Under the pieces are notes generated by a model that worked only from the letters and a program-made list of their open reading frames with translations, was not told the origin of the DNA and did no database searches. This document shows positions 48,271 to 57,985 of a stretch of 64,000 nucleotides of DNA, piece after piece. Source of the DNA: an uncultured delta proteobacterium (GTDB lineage Bacteria; Myxococcota; Myxococcia; Myxococcales; Anaeromyxobacteraceae); assembly GCA_963766715.1 (NCBI GenBank), contig CAVYBH010000008.1:736001-800000 (forward strand), written 5' to 3'. Both the position numbers and the translations under genes were made by a program. Numbering within the stretch: the stretch's first letter is position 1; each line of letters starts with the position of its first letter.

Positions 48271-48854
48271 ATGCCCTCGCTCCTCCGGATCGCCGCGCTC
48301 GCCTGCGCTGGTCTCCCTCGCCGCCTGCGCCACCCTCGACACCTCCGCCAAGCCGACCGTCCCGGTCCCGATGTCGGCCGTCCCCGCCGGCGCGCCCGGC
48401 CAGAACCCCGGGATCTCGGGCGAGGTCGTCTGGGCCGACCTGTCGCAGGCCCAGACCCGGCGCGCCCGCTTCGACGACTGGCTCGATCAGCGGTCCGTCC
48501 GTGAAGATCGGCCGGCGCCCCGACGGGATCTGGGCCGGCACGCTCCTCGGCACCCCGGTCACGCTCTCCCCGAGCATGGGCAACATCTCCGGGTCGGGCG
48601 TGGATCTCTCCATCGAGTGGCACGGCACCGGCACCTGGATCACCGGTTCCTGCTTCGGGGCCCCGGTGCGGTTCGAGATCTCCGGGGTCCACGTGAAGGG
48701 CAACGCGGGTGCGAACGTGTTCGACCTGAACGCGCTCGGCCCGGGCCAGTTCGGCGACGCGCAGGGCCTCCTCACCCTCTCCGGATCGGCGGCGCGAACC
48801 GACGCCGCCATGCCGCAGATGGCGCTGGCGATGCTCGCGGTGCTCCTCCGCTAG
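48271..48854 (+). CDS. Hypothetical lipoprotein; indels
   Basis: LVSLAA-C lipobox in shifted frame; Gly-rich beta segments in ORF 48081-48854; TATGTT 6 nt before the ATG. Confidence 0.55.
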
Positions 48855-48855
48855 C

Positions 48856-49533
48856 TCAGGGCGCGATCACGAGCCCCAGGCTCAGGTCTCCCTGCACGAG
48901 CGGGATGCCCGAGTTGACCGTCAGCGCGGCGCCGTTCGGTCCGGACAGGAACGCTCCCGAGGTGAAGTAGACCGGCATGAAGAACCGGACCCCGGCCCGC
49001 AGCCCGATGGAGTCGGAGAGGTACCACTTCACTCCGAGTCCCAGGTTGAAGGCGAAGAGCCAGGTGTCCGCGGGCTGGATCGTCAGCTGACCGGGAACCT
49101 GCACGTCGGAGGGGCTGAACCAGACCACCCCGAGGCCGCCCGAGAGGTACGGCTCGAGCTTCCCCTGCTGGAAGGTGGTGAGGCCGCCGAGCTGGAGGTA
49201 CTGGGTGGTCACCCCGAACGACGGGGTCGACGCGTAGAAGGAGCTGGTCGAGGCGAATCGCGCCTGCGGACGGGCGAAGACGTAGAGGATCTCGACCTGC
49301 GACTTGTGGTCCACCTGGAAGTCGAGCGCGAGGCTGGCCTCGGGGGCCGCGCCGAAGATCACCGTGCCGGCCGAGGTGTTCACCTGCGTGCTCCAGAAGA
49401 GGCCGCCGGACGGCGTGATCTCGAGGTTTCGCGGCGACGGCTCCACGTAGGGCTGCGCGGCCGCGGGCGCCGCCGCGGCGACGAGCAGGGCGGCGGCGAT
49501 CCAGGCGGCTCGGGTTCGCTCTCAAGGGTCCAT
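48856..49533 (-). CDS. Outer-membrane beta-barrel protein (OmpA/OmpW-like barrel); indel in signal region
   Basis: LEITPSGG, EPYLSGGLG, FNLGLGVKWY..IGLRAGVR, LSLGLVI. Confidence 0.75.
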
Positions 49534-49590
49534 CCTCCGGGGACGAGCGTAGCAGCCGCCCACCGGCGGGGGTATCTTCGAGATCGAGCC

Positions 49591-49927
49591 ATGAAGCTCC
49601 TCTTCCGCGGCATCTTCTGGGGCCGTCGCCGTGGTGGGGCTGGCCGCCGCGCACGTGGCCACGCGGACCCTCGTCCTCCGGCCGGTGGGCCACCCCGGTT
49701 TCTCCTTCGAGCCCGGGCAGTTCGCCTGGCTGAACATGGGCCGGACTCCCTTCCACCTGGAGCAGCACCCCATCTCCATGTCGTCGGGCGGCGACGTGGC
49801 GCGCGTCTGGGTGGACGGCCCCTACGGCGTCTTCTCTCCCGACCGCGAGGAAGGGCCCGGCTACGTGCTCATCGGCGGCGGCATCGGCGTCGTCCCGCCG
49901 ACGGCCGCACGCCCCTCCCTGCCCTGA
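49591..49927 (+). pseudogene. Internally deleted ferric-reductase-like / FNR-type oxidoreductase remnant
   Basis: Isolated motifs FSFEPGQFAWL, HPISMSS, VDGPYG and LIGGGIGV in only ~110 codons, with the intervening and C-terminal regions missing. Confidence 0.65.
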
Positions 49928-49961
49928 CGCGATCGCGCGGGGCGATGTAGAGTCTCGCCCC

Positions 49962-50201
49962 ATGCTTTGCCCGGAGTGTGGTTCCGACCGGCTTCGACCC
50001 TCCCGCCCGAAGGGGCCCGTGGAGAGGGCGGTGCGCAGCCTCACCAAGACGCGCTACCACGAGTGCTCGGTGTGCGGCACGCGCGCCCGCTTCGAGCGGA
50101 AGGCCCGCGACGCCGACGACGACGGCGTGGACGTCGTCTTCTGGGTGGTCGTCGCCTTGCTCGGCGTCGGCTTCATCGCCCTGCTCCGCTGGGTGGGCTG
50201 A
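49962..50201 (+). CDS. Small zinc-ribbon membrane protein
   Basis: CPECGS...CSVCG plus C-terminal TM helix. Confidence 0.7.
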   Translation: MLCPECGSDRLRPSRPKGPVERAVRSLTKTRYHECSVCGTRARFERKARDADDDGVDVVFWVVVALLGVGFIALLRWVG

Positions 50202-50211
50202 GCCCCGCGGC

Positions 50212-51090
50212 TTGGCCGGGCGCGACGCCACCGGACGGATCGCGGTGCCCGGCGGGAACGTCTGGTACCGCGTCGCGGGCAACGGCCCGGGAACGCCGCT
50301 CCTGCTCCTCCACGGTGGACCGGGGTTCCCGAGCCAGTACCTGGAGCCGCTCGCGGCGCTCGGCGACGAGCGGCCGGTGATCTTCTACGACCAGCTGGGG
50401 TGCGGCCAATCCGACCGTCCCGCCGACCCGGGACTCTGGCGGGTCGAGCGCTTCGTCCAGGAGGTGGCCGCGGTGCGCGAGGCGCTGGGGCTGTCCCGCG
50501 TGATCCTGCACGGCCACTCGTGGGGCGGCGCCCTGGCGGTCGAGACCGCGCTCTCCGGGGCTCCGGGCCTCGCCGGCCTGGTCCTGGCGAGCCCGCTGCT
50601 CGACGCCCGGCGCTGGCTCGCCGACGCCGACCGCCTCCGTCGCGAGCTCCCCGCCGGCGTGCAGGAGACGCTGCGGCGCCACGAGGCCGCGGGCACGACC
50701 GGCTCGCCGGAGTACGAGCAGGCCACGCTCGCCTTCTACCGCCGCTTCGTGTGCCGCCGCGATCCCTGGCCGCCGGAGATGGACGAGTCGCTCTCGCAGC
50801 TCGGGCAGGCCTGCTACCTCTCCATGTGGGGACCGAGCGAGTTCCATCCCACCGGACTCCTGCGCGCCTACGACGTGACCGGGCGCCTCGGCGAGCTCCG
50901 GATCCCCACCTTGTTCACCGTGGGTCGATTCGACGAGGCCACCCCGGAGACCGTCGCCTCCTTCCAGGCCCGGGTTCCGGGCGCCGGGCTGGCCATCCTC
51001 GAGCGGAGCGCGCACATGACCATGCTCGACGAGCCGGCCGCCTACGTCGCCGTGCTGCGCCGGTTCCTGGAGGGCGTCGACCGGGGCTAG
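50212..51090 (+). CDS. Proline iminopeptidase family (S33) hydrolase (start approximate)
   Basis: LHGGPG, YDQLGCG.SD, GHSWGG, MWGPSEF, GRFDEATP, SAHM. Confidence 0.9.
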   Translation: MAGRDATGRIAVPGGNVWYRVAGNGPGTPLLLLHGGPGFPSQYLEPLAALGDERPVIFYDQLGCGQSDRPADPGLWRVERFVQEVAAVREALGLSRVILHGHSWGGALAVETALSGAPGLAGLVLASPLLDARRWLADADRLRRELPAGVQETLRRHEAAGTTGSPEYEQATLAFYRRFVCRRDPWPPEMDESLSQLGQACYLSMWGPSEFHPTGLLRAYDVTGRLGELRIPTLFTVGRFDEATPETVASFQARVPGAGLAILERSAHMTMLDEPAAYVAVLRRFLEGVDRG

Positions 51091-51276
51091 CCGCCTCCCG
51101 GCCCGCTCCCCGGCGCCCCGCGCCGCCTCGGCGATCGCCGCGACGGCGGGGTGGCGAAGCCGCCGCTCCACCGAGATGGCGTAGAAGCGCTCGCGGATCT
51201 CGTCGGTGCGCCCCAGCACGCCCACCCCGAACTGGGCGCAGACCTCCTTCTCGATCATGGCGGAGGCGAAGAACAC
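51087..51276 (-). pseudogene. C-terminal remnant of an NhaR-like LysR regulator
   Basis: IEKEV..QFGV..LGRTDEIRERFYAISVERRLRHPAVAAI resembles the NhaR-type C-terminus; no HTH or start upstream. Confidence 0.7.
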
Positions 51277-51396
51277 CGCGGAATATTCATTCAGAATACC
51301 GAAGTGAGACGTAGAAACTACGTATTGTTCTCACCCGGGACGCCGCCTAGAAGACCTCCTCGCGGCGACTCCCGCCGCGCAGGAGAGACGGAGGCG

Positions 51397-52372
51397 ATGG
51401 AGCACGGCATCCTCGAGTGGTCGGCCTTCCTGGCCTTCGTCCTGGCCATGCTGGGGCTCGACCTGGGCGTCTTCCACCGCAAGGACCACGTCGTCGGTCC
51501 CCGGGAGGCGCTGGGCTGGTCGGTGCTCTGGGTGTCGCTCTCGCTGGCGTTCGGTGGCTACGTCTGGATCCGCTTCGGCGCCGACACCGGTCTCCAGTTC
51601 CTGACCGGCTACGTCATCGAGAAGTCGCTCTCGGTCGACAACGTCTTCGTCTTCGTCGTCATCTTCGGCGCGCTGGGCATCCCGCCCATCTACCAGCACC
51701 GCGTCCTCTTCTGGGGCATCCTCTCCGCGCTGGTGATGCGCGGCGGGATGATCGCGGCCGGGTCGGCGCTGCTCTCCCGCTTCCACTGGATCATCTACGT
51801 CTTCGGGGCCTTCCTGGTGCTCACCGGCGTGAAGCTCCTGCTCGCCCGCGGCGCGGCCGATCGCCCCCAGGACAGCGCGGTCTTCCGCTTCCTCCGCCGG
51901 ATCGTCCCGGCCAGCCCGGAGCTCGACGGCAACCACTTCTTCACGAAGGCGACCGGCAGGTGGCTCGCCACGCCCCTCTTCTTCGCGCTCGCCCTCATCG
52001 AGGTGACCGACGTGATCTTCGCGGTCGACTCCATCCCCGCCATCTTCGCGGTGACGAGCGACCCCTACATCGTCTTCACCTCGAACGTCTTCGCCATCCT
52101 GGGGCTGCGCTCCCTCTACTTCCTGCTCGCCAGCTTCGTCTCGAAGTTCACCTACCTGAAGCCGTCGCTGGCCTTCGTCCTCCTGTTCGTGGGCGGGAAG
52201 ATGGCGCTCGTCGACGTGGTGAAGATCCCCGCCGCAGCCTCGCTCGGCGTGGTGACGGCCATCCTCGCCGTGGGGATCGTGGCCTCGGTGATCCGCAACC
52301 GACGCGACGCGGCCGCGGCGGCCGCGGCGCCGCCCGCCGCCGAACCTGCCCGCGCGCATCGAGGGAACGTGA
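51397..52372 (+). CDS. TerC/Alx family membrane protein (3' end uncertain; ORF runs to 52539)
   Basis: LDLGVFHRK, EKSLSVDNVFVF, QHRVLFWG, DVIFAVDSIPAIFAVT, SNVFAILGLRSLYF. Confidence 0.92.
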
Positions 52373-52381
52373 CCGGCCCGG

Positions 52382-52666
52382 TCAGGCCGGTACTGCGACC
52401 TTCCCGCCGCCCATCCGCTTCCACCGGCCGAGCAGGGTCTCCGACGAGACGCGGGCGAACTGGCCGCTCCCCTCCCTGCGGGGCAGGAGCTCGACGCCGG
52501 CCGGGGGCGCCTCGCCGAGGCCGACGACGGCCAAGGTGAGCACGTCGCCCTCGACGGCGTGGACCTGCCCGATGAGCAGCCTCTCCTCTCCGCGCAAGCT
52601 CCACACGGATCCCAGCCAGGACGTTGTCTGCACGAGATGCCCCTTCCGAGATGAGAACCTACTCAT
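52382..52666 (-). CDS. Hypothetical protein
   Basis: Short ORF filling the gap with plausible composition; no recognised motif. Confidence 0.35.
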   Translation of the reverse strand: MSRFSSRKGHLVQTTSWLGSVWSLRGEERLLIGQVHAVEGDVLTLAVVGLGEAPPAGVELLPRREGSGQFARVSSETLLGRWKRMGGGKVAVPA

Positions 52667-52736
52667 CCCGAAAATCCGCTGACATCCCACGATCCTGGGT
52701 CCTCATCCGGGGCTCGCCGGGCGTGACCTGGATCAG

Positions 52737-55081
52737 TTATCGGGCGACCGGACCGGCCGCGCGGGGCGGCGGGGCGCCCTGCCTCAGCGCCGCCGCTTCC
52801 TCGGCCCGTCCCTGCCGCGCGTAGACGTCGGCGAGCAGGCGGTAGGTCTCGACGTGCCCGGGATCGGCGCGCAGGAGCGCCTCGAGGGTCGCGGCCGCGC
52901 CCCGGAGATCGCCGGCGCGCGCCTGGTAGAAGCCCAGGGTCCACGCGTAGCGCGAGTCGGCCGGGCGAAGCTCCACGGCCTTGCGGGCGAGCGGGACGGC
53001 CTCGGCCGGCTTCCGCTCCCCGACCAGCACCGCCAGGTTGAACGCGGCCGGCGCCATCCGGGGGTCGGAGGCCAGCGCGTCCCGCAGGGCCTTCTCGGCG
53101 CCCGCGCGGTCGCCTCGCTCGGCCAGCAGGAGCCCCAGGTTGAAGGAGATGCCGGCGTGGGCGGGCTGCTGCGCGTGGGCCTCCCGGAGCAGGCGCTCGG
53201 CCTCCTCGGCGCGGCCGTTCACGGCGAGCAACATGGCCAGGTTGCCCCGCGCCAGGAAGAGCTGGTCGTCGACGGCGAGCGCGCGACGGTACTGCTTCTC
53301 GGCGTCGGCGGTGCGTCCCAGCGTGGCGTAGAGGTTGCCCAGGTTGTAGGGGCCGGAGGGCATGTCGGACATGTAGCGCTGCCCGTCCTCGTACTCCTGG
53401 AGCGCCGCCGCCCAGGTCTTGCGCTGGGCCTCGGTGAGCCGCTGCGACGGAGGGCCCGCCAGGCGCGCCGCGGCCTCGGCCCGCACCCAGCGGATCGGGT
53501 CCTGGAGGAGCGGAGCGAGCAGCCTCGCCAGCGCGCCGGGATCGGCGGCCTCGGCCCGCTGCACGGCGGTGACCCGCAGGAGCGGGTCGGGGTCGGCGAG
53601 GGCCCTCTCCACCGCGGCGCTCGCGGCCGGTCCGGGGTAGCCCGAGAGCAGGTCGATGGCGGTGGCCCGGACCACTCCCGGACGCAGCGGATCCTGCGCG
53701 AGCTGGACGAGGTCGGCCTCCGCCCCCGGCGCACGGGCGCGCCCGGCGGCGATGACCGTGCCGTAGTGGGGCTTGCGCTTCTTCCCGTACCAGCCGTCGT
53801 ACTTGGCCTGCACCCAGGGGAGCGGCTTGTCGGCGTGGCAGCCGGAGGCGCTGCAGGCGTTCGGCACCCCGATCGACGCGGTGAGGTCGGGGCGCGGCAC
53901 GCGCATGGAGTGGTCGCGCCGGAAGTGCACCACCATGAAGTTCTGCCCGGGCATGTGGCAGGAGACGCAGAGCACGCCGGCGCTGGGCTTTCCCTGCCAC
54001 TCGCGCTTGTGGAAGGTGTGCGTGGCCGCGTCGTAGGTGTCGGCCCGGTGGCAGCGGGTGCAGAGCTCGTTCCCCTCCTTGTGCCGCTTCCCGGAGTGGA
54101 CGTCGTGGCAGTCGGTGCAGCGGACGCCGTTCGCGTGCATCTTGCTCTGCGTGAAGGCGTGCCACTCGAAGTCCTCGTCCAGGATCTGGCCGTCGGCGTG
54201 GAACGTCCCCTGTCCGAGCAGGGTGGGCAGGTAGTGGTCGAGGAGCTCCCCGCCGGGCGCGGCCGGGTCGCCGAACTGGGCCCGCCGCGAGTGGCAGGGC
54301 GCGCACAGGTTCACGAGCTCCGGCTGGGTGAGCCGGGTCGTCTTCGCCACCAGTCCGGCGTTCTCGACGGGCGTGCGCCCCATGGCCGGCTGGTCGGCCC
54401 AGGCCACGTGGCGCGAGCCCGGGCCGTGGCAGCCCTCGCACCCCACCATGATCTCCGACCAGGTGGTCTGGTAGGCGTCGGCCTCCGGGTCGAAGCGCTT
54501 CCGCACCGCCGTGGAGTGGCAGTCGGAGCACATGGCGTTCCAGTTCTGCCCCGGGCGCGTCCAGTGGAGCCAGTCGCCCGGCGGCGCGGCGCCGCGGGGA
54601 TCGACGTGGAACCAGCGCCGGGCCTTCGTGTCCCAGGCGGCCGAGAGGGTCTGCAGGCGGCCGCCCGGAAAGGCGACGAGGTACTGCTGCAGCGGCTCCA
54701 CGCCGAAGGTGTAGGCCACCTCGTAGTCGCGCATCTCGCCGTCGGGCCCCTCGGCGTGGGCCATGAACTTCTCGCCCTGCCGGAAGAAGCGCCAGGTCTT
54801 GCCCCGGTGCTGGAGGGTCGCGCCGCCGAAGTCGCCGAGGACGAGCCCATCCTTGGCCGCCTGCATGGCGCGCGCGTGGTTCGAGCCCTTCCAGCCCGCG
54901 TAGGCCTTCTCGTGGCAGGCCTTGCACTTCTCGCTCCCCACGTACTGGGCCTCGGCCGCCGGCGCGGTGCGCGGGGGGCGCAGCGAGCGCAGGCCGAGGT
55001 AGAGCGGCACCGAGAGGACGATGGCCGCCGTGGCGAGCCACCCCCGCGATCCGCCAGCGGCGCAGGGAGGGATCGATCCAT
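52737..55081 (-). CDS. Membrane-anchored multiheme cytochrome c with HEAT-like and TPR repeats; indel near 5' end
   Basis: N-terminal TM; CKACH, CSDCH, CEGCH, CAPCH, CTDCH, CTRCH, CVSCH and CSASGCH; ALADPDPLLR/LLQDPIRWVR HEAT-like repeats; NLGNLY, NLAMLL, NLGLLL TPRs. Confidence 0.9.
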
Positions 55082-55582
55082 CTAGAGGTACGTCACCTGC
55101 GCCGGGTCGAAGCGGGCCCGCTCGATGCGCCGGCTCGTGTCCACCTTCACGATGCCCCCCTCGATGACGACCGGGAAGAGGTCGAGGGCGCGCGTGGCCG
55201 GCGGCGAGAGGACGTCCCCCTTCTGGTCGAAGGTGGAGGCGTGGCACGGACAGGGGAAGACCTGGTCCTTCTGGTTCCAGGGGACCGTGCACCCGAGGTG
55301 CGTGCACCTGGACGAGAGGGCCAGGAAGCCGCCGTCGGCGAGGCGCACCAGGTAGAACTTGCCGCCCGGGAAGGGGCGGACCGACGCCGGGGTGAAGTCG
55401 GCGACCGGGCCGGCCACGACCAGCCCGGCGCCGCTCCCGGCGCCTCCCTTCGACGGGGCCAGGTACGCGACCACCACGGCGAGGACCTCGACCGCGGCGA
55501 GGATCCCGAGCCCCTTGCCGAGCTTGCCGAGGAAGTCGCGGCGCCCCTGCTCCCCGGGCTGGATGGCGGGAGGGGTGGTCAC
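55082..55582 (-). CDS. Rieske [2Fe-2S] subunit of a Rieske/cytochrome b complex
   Basis: Tat motif GRRDFL plus TM; CTHLGC and CPCHAS boxes; PPATRALD. Confidence 0.92.
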   Translation of the reverse strand: MTTPPAIQPGEQGRRDFLGKLGKGLGILAAVEVLAVVVAYLAPSKGGAGSGAGLVVAGPVADFTPASVRPFPGGKFYLVRLADGGFLALSSRCTHLGCTVPWNQKDQVFPCPCHASTFDQKGDVLSPPATRALDLFPVVIEGGIVKVDTSRRIERARFDPAQVTYL

Positions 55583-56904
55583 GGGATCACGAGCGCCATG
55601 CCCTGGCCGCGGAAGACCACGCCCACGACCGTGAGCACGGCGAAGGAGACCGCCACGAAGGTGAAGGCGGCCTGGACGGCCTCGAGGCGCGTTCCGCCGC
55701 GACGCCGCGCCGCCCAGGCCACGAGCGCGACCAGGCCCGCCGCGACGAGGAGCGGGATCGCGCCCCCTCGCACCGCCGGTGGAAGTCCCGGGAACCAGGG
55801 CCGGGCGCGGCGGAGGGGCTCGTTCGCGACCACCGCGCCGGCGGTGACGACGGCGGCCAGGACCGCGGCGCCGAGCGCCAGTCGCGCGCCGCGGGGAGAC
55901 CCGAACCACCGGCCGCTGGGGCGCTCCGCACCGCCGATCGACGGGAGGGCGACCAGCAGGGCCAGGGCGAGGAGCGGAACGGCCACGGCGCCGAACGCGG
56001 GGTGGAGGTGCACCAGCAGCTCCTGCACGCCCATGAAGTACCAGGGCGCCTTGGCCGGGTTGGGGCTCATCCCGGGGTTCGCCTGGGCGAGCAGCGGGGC
56101 GTTCCAGGCCGCGGCGAGCAGCATCACCGCGGCGAACACCACCAGCGAGGCCGTCCCTTCACGCCGGGTGAGCTCGGGCGAGGTGGGCACGAGCGGGCCG
56201 CGCGGCGAGGCCCGGTCCCCGGCGTCCTCGGGCAGGATCACGCCGCCCACCTTGCGCACCAGCCAGAAGTGGAAGGCGAGCAGGAGGAGCAGCGCGATGG
56301 GCAGGATGGCGACGTGGAGCACGAAGAAGCGGGCCAGCGTGGCCGGGCCGATGTCCGGGCCGCCGCGCGCTGCGCGGAGCAGCGTCGTCCCGATCCCCGG
56401 CACGTACTCGAGCATCCCGGTGGAGATGGTCACGGCCCAGTAGGCGAGCTGATCCCAGGGGAGCAGGTAGCCGGTGAAGGCGCAGGCGACGACGAGCAGC
56501 AGGAGGGCGACGCCCACCAGCCAGTTGCCCCGGCGCGGCGGGAGGTACCCGCCCCGGTAGAAGACGCGCAGCAGGTGGAGCAGGGTGACGAGCACGAGGC
56601 CGTTCGCCGCCCAGTGGTGGACGTTGCGGACGAGCGCGCCGAAGGGGATCTCGTCGACCAGCCGGGCCACGGTCCCGTAGGCCCGCTCCGGCGAGGGCTC
56701 GTAGACCACGAGCAGGAGCGCGCCGGTCACCGCGAGCAGCAGGAAGAGCACCGCCGCCGCGCCGCCCAGGCCGAAGGTCCGCGAGAGCGGCAGCGCGGCC
56801 GCCGGCACCACCCTCGGGTGCAGGTGGAGCACGAGGTGGGAGAAGCCGGAGGGCTTCCTCTCGGGTGCGGGGCCGGTGCCCTGCCCTGTGGTCGCGGTGG
56901 CGAT
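55579..56904 (-). CDS. Cytochrome b (fused b6 plus subunit IV type); start uncertain (in-frame ATC at 56904 or GTG at 56832)
   Basis: RNVHHWAAN..LHLLRV, NWLVG, FTGYLLPWDQLAYWA, RFFVLHVAILP..FHFW, NPAKAPWYF. Confidence 0.92.
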   Translation of the reverse strand: MATATTGQGTGPAPERKPSGFSHLVLHLHPRVVPAAALPLSRTFGLGGAAAVLFLLLAVTGALLLVVYEPSPERAYGTVARLVDEIPFGALVRNVHHWAANGLVLVTLLHLLRVFYRGGYLPPRRGNWLVGVALLLLVVACAFTGYLLPWDQLAYWAVTISTGMLEYVPGIGTTLLRAARGGPDIGPATLARFFVLHVAILPIALLLLLAFHFWLVRKVGGVILPEDAGDRASPRGPLVPTSPELTRREGTASLVVFAAVMLLAAAWNAPLLAQANPGMSPNPAKAPWYFMGVQELLVHLHPAFGAVAVPLLALALLVALPSIGGAERPSGRWFGSPRGARLALGAAVLAAVVTAGAVVANEPLRRARPWFPGLPPAVRGGAIPLLVAAGLVALVAWAARRRGGTRLEAVQAAFTFVAVSFAVLTVVGVVFRGQGMALVIP

Positions 56905-56918
56905 GCGCGGATTCTAGC

Positions 56919-57955
56919 CTAGGGCTCGAAGGCGAAGATCCTCTTCCAGTCGTCCTTCATGCTGATGACCACCCAGCCCTGCTTCCTCGCCTCGTCGTGG
57001 AGCGCCTGGGTGAAGGTGCCGACCTTCGTGTCGGGCAGCCCCTGCGCGGGCCCGTAGGCGTACTCCCGCTTCCCGTCGTCGTGCAGCACGATCATCGAGA
57101 GGCGCGCGCCCTCGCCCGCCTTCGTGTACTCGAGCATCTGGCGGTCGCCGGTCGAGTTGCCGAACGCGGCGCGGGGCCGCCGGCCGATCAGGAGGTGGAT
57201 GCCCTCCGGCTTGCCGGCGTCGTTGTCGTTGAGGAGCAGCCTCGGCTCCTTGGTGAGGAAGGGCCTGCCGTCCGCTCCGTAGGCGTACTTCGTCCCCGCC
57301 GCGGTTCCCACCACCTGCTCGGGCGGGATGCCGTAGGTCGCCTCGGCGTAGGCCCGCACGAAGTCCTGGCCGCCGCCGGTGACGATGAAGGTCTTGTAGC
57401 CGTTCGCGCGCAGGTACCGGAGCAGCTCCTGCATGGGCAGGTAGGTGAGCTCGGTGTAGGGGCGCTTCCAGCGCGGGTCCCGGGCGTCGGCGATCCACTT
57501 CTTCACGCCGGCCTCGAACTGCTCCACCGAGACGCCCGTGAGCGTGGCCGCGGCGATCTTCTCGAGGTCCTTCATCGAGAGCTTCGCGATGGCCGCCCGG
57601 TCGCCGGAGAGCACGGTCTTGAACGGCTCCACCCGCGGCGAGGTCGGGCTTCGCCTTCACGAGCGCCGGGACCCGGTCCAGGCAGTACATCAGCTGCGTG
57701 TAGACGGGGTGCTCGACCCAGAGCGTCCCGTCCTGGTCGAAGGTGGCGATTCGCTCCGCCGGCGGCACGAATCTCGGGCTGGCGGGGTCGGTCGTCTCCT
57801 TCACGAAGGAGAGGATGGCCTGCCTGGCCGGCCCGTCGTTCCAGGACGGAAGCGGATCCACCTGGGCCTGGGCCTGCGCCTGCGCGCCGAGCACGAGCGC
57901 GGCGCAGCGCAGCGAGCACGCGGCCGGACGCCTGGAAACGTCGGACGACTTCCAT
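56919..57955 (-). CDS. Exported HAD-family hydrolase (nonspecific acid phosphatase-like); indels
   Basis: DPLPSWNDG, ATFDQDGTLWVEHP (DxD), YLPMQELL.YLRANG, VTGGGQDF, GNSTGD, SMKDDW. Confidence 0.9.
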
Positions 57956-57985
57956 GATTCCCCCTCCGGTCGTCGTGAGCCCCGC

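Noticed and set aside
49962..51090. UGA readthrough or selenocysteine fusion of the zinc-ribbon protein with the proline iminopeptidase
   Set aside because: The two ORFs are in different frames and no SECIS-like element was recognised.
51280..51396. yybP-ykoY (Mn2+) riboswitch upstream of the TerC/Alx gene
   Set aside because: Only an AAGACCT-like piece is present and the conserved GGGGAGUAG 5' element is not visible. The region is better explained as a LysR operator. An Rfam RF00080 scan would settle it.
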